A stretch of DNA of 64,000 bases, taken from Bacillota bacterium (GTDB lineage: Bacteria > Bacillota > Clostridia > Acetivibrionales > JANLFN01). This document shows positions 62,413 through 64,000 of the stretch, piece after piece; positions within the stretch are counted from its first letter, which is position 1; each line of letters begins with the position of its first letter. The stretch is taken from positions 17,772 through 81,771 of the forward strand of contig JAUZPR010000001.1 in NCBI GenBank assembly GCA_030705825.1, in the 5' to 3' direction. A model generated the notes under the pieces. It was not told where the DNA came from. It did no database searches and saw nothing but the letters and a program-made list of their open reading frames with translations. Made by a program: the position numbers and the translations under genes.

Positions 62413-63532
62413 GTGATTGAACTTGATCAATTCAAGCTTGAAATTGACGAAATTAAAGGTGTTCTGGACGAAATGAGGGCTTCACTTTGACATCGCCAGG
62501 TTAAATGACGAAATAGCAGAACTGGAGATGAAATCAACAGAACCGGATTTTTGGAATGACATTGAAAATTCACAGAAAATACTTCAGAGGACCAAAAACC
62601 TTAAGACCAAGCTGGAACAGTTCCAGAAGATGGAGATGCAGTGCGACGATTTAAAAACCTTGAATGAGCTTGGTATTGAAGAAAATGATGATAGTGTAAT
62701 ACCTGAAATACAGGAAGGTTTGAAAAAGCTCAAAGAAAATTATGAAAAGCTTAAGCTTGAAACACTCCTGACAGGTCCATATGATAAAAACAATGCCATC
62801 ATAACAATGCATGCGGGTGCCGGTGGAACCGAAGCCCAGGATTGGGTACAGATGCTTCTGAGAATGTATACACGCTGGGGTGAAAGCAGGGGCTTTACCG
62901 TAAAAATTCTGGACTTCCTTGACGGTGAAGAGGCAGGAGTCAAGAGTGTGACAATTCACGTCATAGGCGACAATGCATACGGCTATCTAAGATCTGAGAA
63001 GGGAGTCCACAGGCTTGTCAGGATATCTCCTTTTGATGCATCAGGAAGAAGGCACACATCTTTTGCTTCGGTAGATGTTATGCCCGAATTGGATGATACG
63101 GTGGAAGTTGATATAGACCCTGACGACCTCCGTGTTGATACCTACCGTGCAAGTGGGGCTGGTGGACAGCACATTAACAAGACCGAATCCGCAATCAGAA
63201 TTACACATATTCCCACCGGCGTTGTCGTATCATGTCAGACTGAACGTTCACAGTTCCAAAACAGGGATACGGCTATGAAAATGTTGAAGGCCAAGCTTTT
63301 GGAATTAAAAGAGCGGGAACATAAAGAAAAGATAGAGGATTTAAAAGGAATACAAATGGAAATTGCATGGGGCAGCCAGATAAGATCTTATGTTTTTTGT
63401 CCCTATACACTTGTAAAAGACCACAGAAGCAACTATGAAGAAGGTAATGTCCAGTCTGTTATGGATGGGGAATTGGATGGCTTCATAAATTCCTACCTCT
63501 CAATGGGCGCTTTAAAGAAGGAAGAGCAATAA
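62413..63532 (+). CDS. prfB: Peptide chain release factor 2, programmed +1 frameshift (62413-62487 joined to 62489-63532)
   Basis: ORF0 is VIELDQFKLEIDEIKGVLDEMRASL-stop. The CTT TGA C shift site lies at 62485-62491 with an internal SD-like GAGGG at 62475-62479. The downstream frame gives DIARLNDEI...SPF...GGQHINKTESAIRITH (the GGQ motif). Confidence 0.9.
62475..62491 (+). promoter_or_regulatory. prfB autoregulatory +1 frameshift site
   Basis: GAGGG-cttca-CTT TGA C has the classical RF2 recoding architecture. Confidence 0.85.
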
Positions 63533-63536
63533 TAAC

Positions 63537-63567
63537 AGAAAAGCCTGGTTTTATAACCAGGTTTTTC
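63537..63567 (+). terminator. Rho-independent terminator after prfB
   Basis: CCTGGTT pairs with AACCAGG, followed by TTTTT. Confidence 0.8.
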
Positions 63568-63759
63568 TTTATGTTTTTTGCATTAACTTATTTATCCGGG
63601 TGCATAATTTTGCTGTGCCATGGAATTTACTTACATTTATATTATGCAATTAGGCAAGATTCTCATATACTTATCTATATAAAAATGTGATATTATCAAT
63701 TTGGTAACTCTTAAAAGAGTTTTGTTTTAAAAATCAAACAAAATCAGGAGCGGCTAAAT

Positions 63760-64000
63760 ATGGAACCAAACGAAAAATTGAACTTACTTAAAAATAATAT
63801 AAGGGAACTTGGAAGCCTTGCAGTAGCCTTTTCAGGTGGTGTTGACAGTACGTTTCTCCTTAAGGCGGCACATGAAGTATTGGGGGATAATGTCATAGCT
63901 GTCACAGCACGTTCTTCTACATATCCGGAAAGAGAATTCAAAGAGGCTGTGGCTTTTATAAAAGAGCTGGGAATCAGGCATTTCGTAATTATATCTGAAG
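63760..64000 (+). CDS. PP-loop ATP pyrophosphatase (LarE / TIGR00268-like), 3' end outside window
   Basis: MEPNEKLNLLKNNIRELGSLAVAFSGGVDSTFLLKAA contains the SGGxDS PP-loop. SD CAGGAG. There is no stop before the window end, which is why it is absent from the ORF track. Confidence 0.7.
   Translation, partial: MEPNEKLNLLKNNIRELGSLAVAFSGGVDSTFLLKAAHEVLGDNVIAVTARSSTYPEREFKEAVAFIKELGIRHFVIISE

Noticed and set aside
1-64000. Mobile elements, prophage remnants or a defence island
   Set aside because: I recognised no integrase, transposase, recombinase, terminal inverted repeats, tRNA attachment site, restriction-modification, toxin-antitoxin or known defence-gene signatures in any frame.

Overview
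This 64-kb window looks like core chromosome from a low-GC anaerobic Firmicute (class Clostridia). The hydrogenase operon, pfp and fba neighbourhood resembles cellulolytic Acetivibrio/Hungateiclostridium-type genomes; that is inference, since no search was run. I call about 55 protein genes. I saw no rRNA, tRNA, CRISPR array, transposase, integrase or phage genes. Gene order: a class B PBP (5' partial), copZ, metNIQ (minus strand), two Cys/Met PLP enzymes plus cysK, an alpha/beta hydrolase and a GYF-domain membrane protein. Next come a four-gene Tad-like pseudopilin/prepilin-peptidase operon that has no pilus motor, an NMT1/SsuA-type ABC importer and sspH. Then a DRTGG / RsbW-like kinase / sensory-type [FeFe]-hydrogenase-like / DRTGG / PHP module lies directly upstream of a five-gene NADH-linked [FeFe]-hydrogenase operon with Rex boxes. 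After that: a NarL-type two-component system with an FtsX-type ABC exporter, NUDIX, an ABC-2 exporter, a TetR plus flavin reductase pair, PPi-type pfp, a HEAT-repeat plus radical-SAM/SPASM pair and fba. The window ends with a split 'CoA-enzyme activase' trio, an LtaS-family protein, glgP, a phosphodiester glycosidase, trxA, a DivIVA-like protein, a T-box controlling an Lrp-type regulator plus aminotransferase, a Cof-type HAD phosphatase, an orphan glnB facing an ANTAR regulator, prfB with its +1 frameshift, and a LarE-like PP-loop gene (3' partial). The most unusual signal is three intergenic elements at 20424-20777, 22480-22645 and 62137-62384. Each is built from phase-perfect tandem heptamers (GTTNNRA family) facing an inverted array of the complementary heptamer, and each fills the space from one gene's stop codon to the next gene's Shine-Dalgarno. 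Other leads are the uncharacterised hydrogenase-linked sensor module, the motor-less Tad-like cluster, the HEAT/radical-SAM pair, an activase ATPase with no canonical start codon, and a shared operator motif at the sulfur-amino-acid promoters. All domain calls come from motifs read by eye in the translations; nothing was searched against a database.
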